From an uncultured virus (IMG/VR IMGVR_UViG_2061766007_004224) (lineage: Duplodnaviria; Heunggongvirae; Uroviricota; Caudoviricetes), in the IMG/VR virus record IMGVR_UViG_2061766007_004224: a stretch of DNA of 20,000 nucleotides. One strand, given 5' to 3'. The notes under the pieces are model-generated. The model was not told the DNA's origin. It saw only the letters and a list, made by a program, of their open reading frames with translations, and searched no databases. The first letter of the stretch is position 1. Every line of letters starts with the position of its first letter. A program made the translations under genes and the position numbers. Shown here piece by piece: positions 8,129-15,181 of the stretch.

Positions 8129-9333
8129 TGAACGTCAAAGAGAGCATTGAGCGCTTTGCGAAAGATCAGGGCTGGGTGGTCAAGTACGCCGCCGATGGTA
8201 CGCCCAACTTCTTCTATCCCATCTACAAGTGCAAGAGCAGCGACCTCGATGCTTCGCTGCCGAATCACACCCACCCGGCGTTTATCGTCAATGGGCAAGA
8301 AATCCCCAGACGTTTGATTGCCGTATACAAGGGCGGCAACTTCAACAATGCCTGCCACAGCATTCCCAACGTCGCCCCGCTGGTCAACCTCGGCGCTGAC
8401 CAGTTGCTGAACAAGATCAAAGCCTGCGGCGCTGGCTTCGGCCCCAAGACCGTTGCTGACAGCGGCCTGCTTCTCCTGCTGGCTAAAAAGCTCGGATGCA
8501 GCACCATCAAGGGCAACAACGACCGTGGCGTGGACTACCGCGACGGCACGAAATGGACTGCCGGAGTGAGTATCACCGCTGGCAATACCCGCGTATTCCA
8601 GGGTGTGGAGTATACCGCGCTGGTTTCCCATACGTCCGCGCTGGAGAACAAGCCTGATGTTGCCCCCCTGTACTGGGAGCGTGGCAGGCGCATTGGCGGT
8701 GTGCCCGTGGCCTCTCAGATCAGCGACAGCGAGCCGAACGGCCTGAATACCCTGACTGGTTCCGGCCCCAAGAGCTGGCGCTTCGGCGGCAAGGCCAACG
8801 GCATTGATGATCTGACTGGCAACTGCTACGATCAGGATTACGGCTATCGCATCGTCGGCGGTGAAATCCAGATTCTGGAGAACAACAATGCTGCAGACCC
8901 GGATGCCGATCTGGGTGCGGACAGCGCCGCGTGGAAGGCCATCCTGCCCAGCAGCGTCGATGGGTCCTATACGCTGGTCGCCCCCGGTACTGCCGGAACG
9001 CTGAAGTGGAACTGGCTGAACAGCAAGATCACGCTGGACACCGCCACCGACACTACGCTGGGCCAGAAGAGCACCGTTTTCAAGGACCTCGCTGTCAACA
9101 GCGTCAACGTCCCCTATGTGCCGTATATCATGTACGAGCTGGGTCTGTTCCCCATCTCCGGCGATCAGACGCAGGGAACGGTGTACATCGAATTCACGAC
9201 TGCGGAGCGGTTCCCTCGTCGCGGCGGCTACTGCAACTACGCGTCTTCCTCAGGTTTGGGCATCGTGAGCGCCTCCCTCGCGCGGTCGTACGCGAGCTCG
9301 TACTATGGCGTGCGCTCCGGCTTTGTTGAATAA
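8128..9333 (+). CDS. DGR target protein: C-type-lectin/FGE-sulfatase-like fold, Mtd-like putative receptor-binding protein
   Basis: THPAFIVNG, LTGSGPKSW, NGIDDLTGN and the C-terminal RGG...YGVRSG motif; the C-terminus is the VR matching the TR at 9834-9951. Confidence 0.9.
   Translation: MNVKESIERFAKDQGWVVKYAADGTPNFFYPIYKCKSSDLDASLPNHTHPAFIVNGQEIPRRLIAVYKGGNFNNACHSIPNVAPLVNLGADQLLNKIKACGAGFGPKTVADSGLLLLLAKKLGCSTIKGNNDRGVDYRDGTKWTAGVSITAGNTRVFQGVEYTALVSHTSALENKPDVAPLYWERGRRIGGVPVASQISDSEPNGLNTLTGSGPKSWRFGGKANGIDDLTGNCYDQDYGYRIVGGEIQILENNNAADPDADLGADSAAWKAILPSSVDGSYTLVAPGTAGTLKWNWLNSKITLDTATDTTLGQKSTVFKDLAVNSVNVPYVPYIMYELGLFPISGDQTQGTVYIEFTTAERFPRRGGYCNYASSSGLGIVSASLARSYASSYYGVRSGFVE
9205..9322 (+). 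repeat. DGR variable repeat (VR)
   Basis: 118-nt ungapped match to 9834-9951 (offset 629); 20 mismatches, 19 of them opposite TR adenines. Confidence 0.97.
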
Positions 9334-9360
9334 CTGGTCTCTGGTCTCTGGTTCCTGAAA

Positions 9361-9378
9361 GGGGCGCGAAAGCGCCCC
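9361..9378 (+). promoter_or_regulatory. GC-rich hairpin/cruciform downstream of the VR (DGR target-recognition element)
   Basis: GGGGCGC-GAAA-GCGCCCC, 27 nt after the target stop codon; can be extended by GAAA/TTTC (9357-9360 with 9381-9384). Confidence 0.85.
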
Positions 9379-9404
9379 CGTTTCCTCATTCCTGCAAGGA
9401 GTAT

Positions 9405-9779
9405 ATGGCTATGAGCGACAAAGAACTCATCCTGAAGGAAAAGGTCTGCGACATGCTGGACTATATGCGCGACCGCCTGAAGAATTTTCCCAAGGAAGAG
9501 CGAAGCGGAATCACGCCGCGCATCCGGGCGGCGGGCTATGAACTGCTGGAGATTGCGTCGGACATCGGCAACGGCTACTATACGCAGACGAATCTGAAAG
9601 CCTTTGACCGAAGGAAGAACGCCATGTCCGCATTTCTGGATTATTCCCTGCGCTGCGGCTATATCACTCCGCACCAGCACAAAACATGGGGCGGGATGCT
9701 GACAGAGATCGGGAAGATCAACGGTGGATTGATGAAGGCTCTGGAGGCGAAGCAGGCTGCGCAGCCGCGCAGACGCTGA
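9405..9779 (+). CDS. avd: DGR accessory variability determinant (Avd, four-helix bundle)
   Basis: AAGGAG RBS; 124-aa basic helical protein with FPKEER and EIGKINGGLMK motifs; lies between VR and TR. Confidence 0.88.
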   Translation: MAMSDKELILKEKVCDMLDYMRDRLKNFPKEERSGITPRIRAAGYELLEIASDIGNGYYTQTNLKAFDRRKNAMSAFLDYSLRCGYITPHQHKTWGGMLTEIGKINGGLMKALEAKQAAQPRRR

Positions 9780-9801
9780 CCCTCCGGGCCTTTTCTCAAT
9801 A

Positions 9802-10115
9802 GGGAATAAACTGCATAGCGCAGCGCCTTTTTTGAGCGGTTCCCTCGTCGCGGCGGCAACTACAACAACACGTCCAACACAGGTTTGGGCAACGTGAACG
9901 CCAACAACACGCGGTCGAACACGAACACGAACTATGGCGTGCGCTCCGGCTCTGCTTCCAGCATCCGCGCATCTGCGCGGTGGAAAGACCAGTATGCGAG
10001 GGCGGCCACGGCTTCCCTCGAAGTGCCACGGAAGCAAAGGAGTTTATTTCCACTGGCGGTGAGGACAGCCCGCCATGAACATGATTGCCGTGTAGATAGG
10101 AATATCACGCACGGC
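9802..10115 (+). ncRNA. Putative structured DGR template RNA (TR plus flanking paired elements)
   Basis: 9802-9812 is complementary to 10041-10051 and 9826-9830 to 10036-10040; local hairpins at 9956-9985, 9997-10020, 10054-10075 and 10087-10115. Confidence 0.6.
9834..9951 (+). repeat. DGR template repeat (TR)
   Basis: Non-coding AAC-rich copy of the VR (11 AAC codons in the VR frame, 31 adenines), between avd and the RT gene. Confidence 0.97.
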
Positions 10116-10137
10116 GAGGCGGTGCGGGAGGTGCATC

Positions 10138-11268
10138 GTGCAAAAGGCAACGAATGTCATGCAACGCATCGTGGCCTATGAAAATTTTCTCCGTGCCGAC
10201 AAGGATAGCAGCAAGAGCAAACGGTTTCGCCCGGAGGTCATGGCTTTCAATAACCACCTCTGCGAGAACCTGCTTTCCCTCGAAGCCGATTTCCTCTCAG
10301 GCGAATACGAAAGCGGCCTCTACACGGAGCGTTATGTCCGCGTTCCCGTGACACGGCTCATTGAAGTGTCGCAATTCAGAGACCGCGTGGCACAGCAGGC
10401 CATTTACGGAGAACTGTGCCAGATTCTCGATAAGCATTACATCTATCACAGCTACGCCTGCCGCAAGGGCAAAGGCGCGATAGATGCCTCGCTCAATCTG
10501 CAAAACTGGCTCAGGCTGATTCGCAGGAAGCCAGACGCTGAGAAATGGGTATGTGGCAAGATCGACGTGGCGAAGTTCTTTTACCGCATCGACCACAAGG
10601 TCGTCATGGACCTGTACGCCAAGTACATTGACGACCCGCTCACGCTTCAGGTGATCGGCAGTATCATCAACTGCAAGCATACGCCTTTCGGCCTGCCGGA
10701 AGGGAAAGGCTGCACCGAAGTACCCAAGGAAGAGCGGCTGTTCGATGTGGGTGTCCCCATCGGCAGCCTGATGTCGCAGACCACGGCGAACATGGTTATG
10801 AACGAAGTGGACCAGTTCGCCAAGCACAACCTCCACATCCATTTTTACACCCGGTACATGGATGACATCATCATCCTTGCGCCGGACAAAGAAACGCTGC
10901 ATCGCTGGATGGCCGAGATCGAGCGGTTCATGCTGGAGCGCCTGAAGCTGAAATGCAACCGCAAAACCCAGGTCATCCCGCTGTCCCACGGCATCCCGTT
11001 TGTCGGAAAGCGCATATGGGCCAACAAGATTCTTCTTCGTAAGTCCACCGTCAAGCACATGAAACGGGCGCTCCGCAAGATCGCCGAGGAATACAGGAAT
11101 TACGAGATCACCCTCGACCGTGCCATGCAGACGGTTATCAGCTACATCGGCCTGCTGTCCCATTGCAACGGCGAGGGCCTGAAGGAATGGATTTCCCAGA
11201 ATATTTCGTTCACGCACGGAGATTCCTATGGAGAATGGAATGGTGAATATGAGCAGATCGCCGCATAG
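10138..11268 (+). CDS. DGR reverse transcriptase
   Basis: GGAGGTG RBS with GTG start; RT motifs FRDRVAQQAI, SYACRKGKG, KIDVAKFF, GVPIGSLMSQ and YTRYMDDIII; 376 aa with no maturase or endonuclease extension. Confidence 0.95.
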   Translation: MQKATNVMQRIVAYENFLRADKDSSKSKRFRPEVMAFNNHLCENLLSLEADFLSGEYESGLYTERYVRVPVTRLIEVSQFRDRVAQQAIYGELCQILDKHYIYHSYACRKGKGAIDASLNLQNWLRLIRRKPDAEKWVCGKIDVAKFFYRIDHKVVMDLYAKYIDDPLTLQVIGSIINCKHTPFGLPEGKGCTEVPKEERLFDVGVPIGSLMSQTTANMVMNEVDQFAKHNLHIHFYTRYMDDIIILAPDKETLHRWMAEIERFMLERLKLKCNRKTQVIPLSHGIPFVGKRIWANKILLRKSTVKHMKRALRKIAEEYRNYEITLDRAMQTVISYIGLLSHCNGEGLKEWISQNISFTHGDSYGEWNGEYEQIAA

Positions 11269-11509
11269 AGACACCAATGCACCGCGAGATCACCCCAGAA
11301 GGTTTTACTCCATCATCGAGCGCGAGGACGGCCTCGTGGATGTGTATCTCGCGCCGGAAGTGACCGCTTATGACACCGATGTGGGCATCCGTGAGTACGA
11401 CATATCTGTCATCGCCGTCTGCGGCGTGGTGCCGTGGCCGGGTCTGGAAGAGGACGTTCGGAAGCGTTTCGATGCGTGGTGCGAAAGCGGAGAGGAGATT
11501 TACCTATGA
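11228..11509 (+). CDS. Hypothetical acidic protein (start may be 11240 or 11249)
   Basis: Overlaps the RT 3' end, and its TGA overlaps the next ATG (ATGA); codon usage resembles its neighbours. Confidence 0.65.
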   Translation: MENGMVNMSRSPHRDTNAPRDHPRRFYSIIEREDGLVDVYLAPEVTAYDTDVGIREYDISVIAVCGVVPWPGLEEDVRKRFDAWCESGEEIYL

Positions 11510-11637
11510 AGGAGTTTGCCATCGTCCTTGCCGTGGTGCTCGTCATGTTCGTGCTTCTCAGCGTCCTTCTCATGGTCGCCCTGTACTGGACACACTACCC
11601 ATACGGAAGGAGCAAGAAATGGCGAAGGAAAAAATAG
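11506..11637 (+). CDS. 43-aa single-pass membrane protein, possible lysis accessory
   Basis: GAGGAG RBS and ATGA coupling; MKEFAIVLAVVLVMFVLLSVLLMVALYWTHYPYGRSKKWRRKK is a hydrophobic helix plus a basic tail. Confidence 0.6.
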   Translation: MKEFAIVLAVVLVMFVLLSVLLMVALYWTHYPYGRSKKWRRKK

Positions 11638-13193
11638 CCGACATCAGCACCTATCAGGATGATGTGGACTGGCAGAAAGCGGCGCAGGAGCTTTCGTTCT
11701 GCATCCTCCGCGCCAGCATCGGCCAGAAAGCGGATTCCAAATACCTGCGGAACGTGGACGGCTGTATTCAGCACAACGTCCCGTTCGGAGCCTATCACTA
11801 CGTCAAGGCCGGGACCGCCGAGGACGCGAAAGCGGAAGCGCGGTTCTTCGTCCAGACGACGGCGGCAGCGGCGACCAAGCCGCTGTTTTATATTGCGGAC
11901 ATCGAGTACAAGGCCCAGGACAGCGCCACCACGGAGCCTGTCTGCGTCGCGTTCCTCGAAGAACTCCGCGCCCTCGGCTGCTCGAAGATCGGCCTTTACA
12001 TCAACACCCGGTACAAGTGGGCGGGAGCCGCCATCCCCATGTGCGACATCATGTGGATTCCCCATTGGGGCAAGAACGACGGCAGCATCCCCGCCCCTCA
12101 GTACGAACCGAAGAACCCCTGCGACCTTTGGCAGTATACCTCCAAGGGTACGCTCGCCGGGGTAAAGGGAGACGTTGACCTGAGCGCCTGCTACGGTGGC
12201 AGGGACGTTTCCTTCTTCACGGAAGGATGGAACCCGGAAAGGGGTGTCAGCACCATGTTTACCAATCTTCAGTTCGCCGCGTATTGCCTCGCGGTTTTCG
12301 CGGCGAAGTGGGTCTACTGGTACGGGACCTGCGGGTACGAATGTACCATCTCCCTGTACAACCGCAAGAAGGAACAGTATTCCAAGTATTACACTGATGC
12401 CCGTGCCAGCGGTTATAAGGCCGACATCGCCAACGGCTGCATGTGCGCGGATTGTGTCGGCCTCATCAAGTCCTTTTTCTGGAAGGGCGGCGACCTGAAC
12501 GGCAAGAACGTGTATCAGGCCAACAACTGCCCCGACCGCAGCGCGGACGGCATGTTCTCGCTCTGCGTGGAAAAAGGTGCGATCTCTACCATCCCCGACA
12601 TCCCCGGCCTGCTGGTGCATAAGAGCGGGCATATCGGGGTGTACGTCGGCGGCGGGTACACCGTCGAGATGAAGGGCTTTGCCTATGACTGCGTGAAGCA
12701 GAAGGTCACGGATGGGCCGTGGACTGAATGGGGCAAGCTGCCCGACACCATGCTGGCCTATCTCACCGAAGGCGAGGTCGAACAGCCTGTCGCCTTCAAG
12801 CTCGGTGATCGGGTCCTCAGCAAAGGCAGCGCTGGCGAAGACGTGTCCGAATTGCAGGCGCATCTCGTGACCCTGGGCTACAATATCGGCGCGTCCGGCC
12901 CTGCCAAGGATGGCGTGGACGGCGACTTCGGCTCCAAGACGCAGGCTGCGGTCAAGGCGCTCCAGAAGTCCGCTGGCCTCGACCAGACGGGCGTGTTCGA
13001 TGCCAATACTCATAAGGCGCTGCTCGACGCGCTCGTGCCGTCCACGGTCGATGACCAGAACGACGATACCCCGGAGGGCGGCGGCGCTCCCGCCTACGTC
13101 CTCATTCTCGAAGGCGATGAGAAAACGCTTCGCCTTGTCCAAAGCGCCTATGGTGGGACGCTGGCAGCGGTAGACAGCGTAACCGTGGGATAA
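11619..13193 (+). CDS. Modular endolysin: GH25 muramidase + NlpC/P60-like peptidase + PG_binding_1 domain
   Basis: AAGGAG RBS before ATG 11619. GH25 motifs DISTYQ, GAYHY, DIE, LWQYTSKG and GDVDL; DCVGLIK and GHIGVYVG; GEDVSELQAHL..LGY and DGDFGSKTQAAVKALQ. Confidence 0.9.
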   Translation: MAKEKIADISTYQDDVDWQKAAQELSFCILRASIGQKADSKYLRNVDGCIQHNVPFGAYHYVKAGTAEDAKAEARFFVQTTAAAATKPLFYIADIEYKAQDSATTEPVCVAFLEELRALGCSKIGLYINTRYKWAGAAIPMCDIMWIPHWGKNDGSIPAPQYEPKNPCDLWQYTSKGTLAGVKGDVDLSACYGGRDVSFFTEGWNPERGVSTMFTNLQFAAYCLAVFAAKWVYWYGTCGYECTISLYNRKKEQYSKYYTDARASGYKADIANGCMCADCVGLIKSFFWKGGDLNGKNVYQANNCPDRSADGMFSLCVEKGAISTIPDIPGLLVHKSGHIGVYVGGGYTVEMKGFAYDCVKQKVTDGPWTEWGKLPDTMLAYLTEGEVEQPVAFKLGDRVLSKGSAGEDVSELQAHLVTLGYNIGASGPAKDGVDGDFGSKTQAAVKALQKSAGLDQTGVFDANTHKALLDALVPSTVDDQNDDTPEGGGAPAYVLILEGDEKTLRLVQSAYGGTLAAVDSVTVG

Positions 13194-13259
13194 CTCCAAG
13201 CGCACGGGCATTTTGCCCGTGAAATTGCCATCACGGGCAGAATGAAAGGACGTGATACC

Positions 13260-13577
13260 ATGCCTGAAGAACTCCAGAAAATGCTCCAGACCATCGCCAC
13301 CGAGCAGGTCAGAATGGGCGAGCAGATCAAGACCCTCTTCAATCAGCAGGAAGAAACCAAGCGGCTGGCTGAAAGTGTCCACGAACTCGCCACGTCGGTT
13401 AAGCTCCTCGCCTCCGCTCAGAAGTCCACCGAGAAGAAGGTGGACGATCTGACGGGGGATGTGGAGGAGATCAAGACCAAACCTGCTAAGCGTTGGGATG
13501 GAGCCGTCACCGTGATAATCACGGCCCTCGTCACGGCTGTGATTACCTTCGCCCTCACTAAGATTGGGCTGAAATAA
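13260..13577 (+). CDS. Coiled-coil protein with C-terminal transmembrane helix (XhlA/holin-associated type)
   Basis: AAAGGA RBS at 13245-13250 favours ATG 13260; heptad region followed by the KPAKRWD + VIITALVTAVITFAL TM segment; follows the endolysin. Confidence 0.7.
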   Translation: MPEELQKMLQTIATEQVRMGEQIKTLFNQQEETKRLAESVHELATSVKLLASAQKSTEKKVDDLTGDVEEIKTKPAKRWDGAVTVIITALVTAVITFALTKIGLK

Positions 13578-13597
13578 GCCCGGAAAGGAAGGACCCT

Positions 13598-14029
13598 ATG
13601 AAGAAACTCGTTTGCATCTGCGCTCTCATGCTGGCAATGGTGTGTATGCTCCTGCCTGTGTACGCCTTTGCGGAGGATGTACACCCGCCCGAAGCCGACA
13701 CCGAAACCACCGCCGTGACCGTGGCCGAGGCTGACCCCCAGCCCACCCCCGGCGAACCGCTGACGTGGGCGTACCTCGCTACCATCGCCGGAGCGACCGC
13801 CGCCACGCTGCTGATCGTACAATTCCTGAAAGTCCCGCTGGACAAGGTGTGGAAGATTCCCACGCGGGCCTTTGTCTACTTCATCGCGCTGATCATCCTG
13901 CTGGTGGCGACCGCGTTCACGACCGGGCTGACCCCGAATACAACTCTGCTCACCGTGGTCAATGCCTTCATCGTGGCGCTCACCGCATACGGCGGCTATG
14001 AAGTCACCTTCCGCAAGCTCGAACATTAA
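13598..14029 (+). CDS. Holin-like multi-pass membrane protein with an N-terminal signal-peptide-like leader
   Basis: AAGGAAGG RBS; MKK-hydrophobic-AFA leader, acidic/Pro linker, then about 3 TM segments (TWAYLATIAGA...QFLK...KIPTR...NAFIVALTAYGGYE). Confidence 0.65.
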   Translation: MKKLVCICALMLAMVCMLLPVYAFAEDVHPPEADTETTAVTVAEADPQPTPGEPLTWAYLATIAGATAATLLIVQFLKVPLDKVWKIPTRAFVYFIALIILLVATAFTTGLTPNTTLLTVVNAFIVALTAYGGYEVTFRKLEH

Positions 14030-14033
14030 CATG

Positions 14034-14071
14034 GGGCCGTCATCCTTCGGGGTGGCGGCCCTTTTCTTTTT
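14034..14071 (+). terminator. Rho-independent terminator ending the late/lysis operon
   Basis: GGGCCGTCATCC-TTCG-GGGTGGCGGCCC stem (cUUCGg loop) followed by TTTTCTTTTT. Confidence 0.9.
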
Positions 14072-14081
14072 GTGGTATACT
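14071..14081 (+). promoter_or_regulatory. Extended -10 promoter for the moron gene
   Basis: TGTG-G-TATACT (TRTG extended -10), 35 nt before ATG 14117; AAAGGAGG RBS at 14102-14109. Confidence 0.6.
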
Positions 14082-14116
14082 GTCCGCAGGTCAATAAAAT
14101 CAAAGGAGGCGCGGAT

Positions 14117-15052
14117 ATGGCGAAATGTGTCCGATGCGGAAGCAAGGGTCTCGGCGTTCATGTGAACGGGAGGGGCTTGTGTTTCAACTGTCTGGAGAGA
14201 GAAATGCGGAAGAAGCAGGAAGAAACAGAGAGAAAGCTCGATGACGAAAAGCGCAGGAACCAGAAGCTCTCTGAGGATAACGATAGACTGAAATCTGCCA
14301 TGGAAGAAATGATAGCTGCAATTCATCAACAGGTCAAGGCCGCTGAAGAACAACCGATCATCGAGGCATATTGCGACGAGTGCTTCACATCTGTTCCAAG
14401 AGAGCATGCGGAAGCGAGAAAGCCTTGCCCGAAGTGTGGTAATACCTTCTATGCTGTTCTGAACCGTGAACGTCCTATGCCAAACGGAAACTTCGCCTAT
14501 TTCATGCAGAGGCAGGAAAACATGACAGCCAACTCAGATGCACATATAGAAATGCAGTCCATCCGCAAGAAAACCATGACAAGAGAGGATTATCAGGCGT
14601 TTATAGAAGCAGGAGAAAGAAGCATCGCCACGCTGGAGAAAGCCCTCGAAGAAGAATTGGAAATGCTGCGCCGTGCGCATTGCTCACATGTCGAGCTTCC
14701 TCCATATATCCCGGCTCCGTATGAACTGCCAGATATGTATATGCGTTACGGGCATTGGGACGATGCGCAGCGGATATACGACTTCTGCTCGAAAATGGAA
14801 GTGCTGAAACAGTCCAGCTTTGACTTCCCCAGACTGAAAGCGGAATGCGAAGAAAACAGGCTGTGTGCTGCACGGCTTACAGAGATCGTTTCATCAGGCA
14901 TCCACTCACAGAGGCAGATCAAAAAAATGGTCAAAAACAAGTTCAGCCCTCGTGTCATAAACTTCATCCTCGGAAAGTACGCTGGATTGACCCGCGAGAA
15001 GTCCGGCTCCGATTTCATAGTAACCATCTCTCCGAAAGAGGAAATGTTCTGA
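14117..15052 (+). CDS. Moron-like hypothetical protein with two CxxC..CxxC zinc-binding motifs and a coiled coil
   Basis: Strong RBS; CVRC...CFNC, coiled coil, CDEC...CPKC, helical C-terminus; lower GC than the structural genes (27/60 at 14521-14580). Confidence 0.75.
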   Translation: MAKCVRCGSKGLGVHVNGRGLCFNCLEREMRKKQEETERKLDDEKRRNQKLSEDNDRLKSAMEEMIAAIHQQVKAAEEQPIIEAYCDECFTSVPREHAEARKPCPKCGNTFYAVLNRERPMPNGNFAYFMQRQENMTANSDAHIEMQSIRKKTMTREDYQAFIEAGERSIATLEKALEEELEMLRRAHCSHVELPPYIPAPYELPDMYMRYGHWDDAQRIYDFCSKMEVLKQSSFDFPRLKAECEENRLCAARLTEIVSSGIHSQRQIKKMVKNKFSPRVINFILGKYAGLTREKSGSDFIVTISPKEEMF

Positions 15053-15181
15053 CCCTCTCAGCGCCACGCTAAGGCCGTTCGATTTTTACCCTATAAATCC
15101 CACACCAGAAGCAGGCAGACCCATTAACGGGCGTTTAATCGCGTTTAACGCCCATTCAAAACCAGATCACGAAGATCAGAG

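Larger units (their letters stand above)
8128..11268 (+). mobile_element. Complete diversity-generating retroelement (target/VR - hairpin - avd - TR - RT)
   Basis: All canonical components are present in the Bordetella BPP-1-like order. Confidence 0.95.

Noticed and set aside
9361..9384. Hairpin as an intrinsic terminator
   Set aside because: It lacks a proper U-tract and lies inside a continuing operon; its position and GAAA loop fit the DGR recognition hairpin better.
9885..10181. 98-aa Asn-rich ORF over the TR and spacer
   Set aside because: It is the stop-free VR-frame reading of the template repeat. It has a TTG start with no RBS, and the region is better explained as structured RNA.
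10138..11268. Group II intron or retron interpretation of the RT
   Set aside because: No maturase/endonuclease extension or msr-msd is visible, and the adjacent avd, TR and adenine-specific VR identify a DGR.
11370..11618. 83-aa N-terminal extension of the endolysin in the ORF track
   Set aside because: It overlaps two better-supported genes; the RBS and GH25 start point to ATG 11619.
11595..13382. 595-aa minus-strand ORF, and similar long antisense ORFs (10297-11277, 13418-14407, 15706-16935)
   Set aside because: These are shadows of GC3-rich plus-strand genes, with no recognisable motifs.
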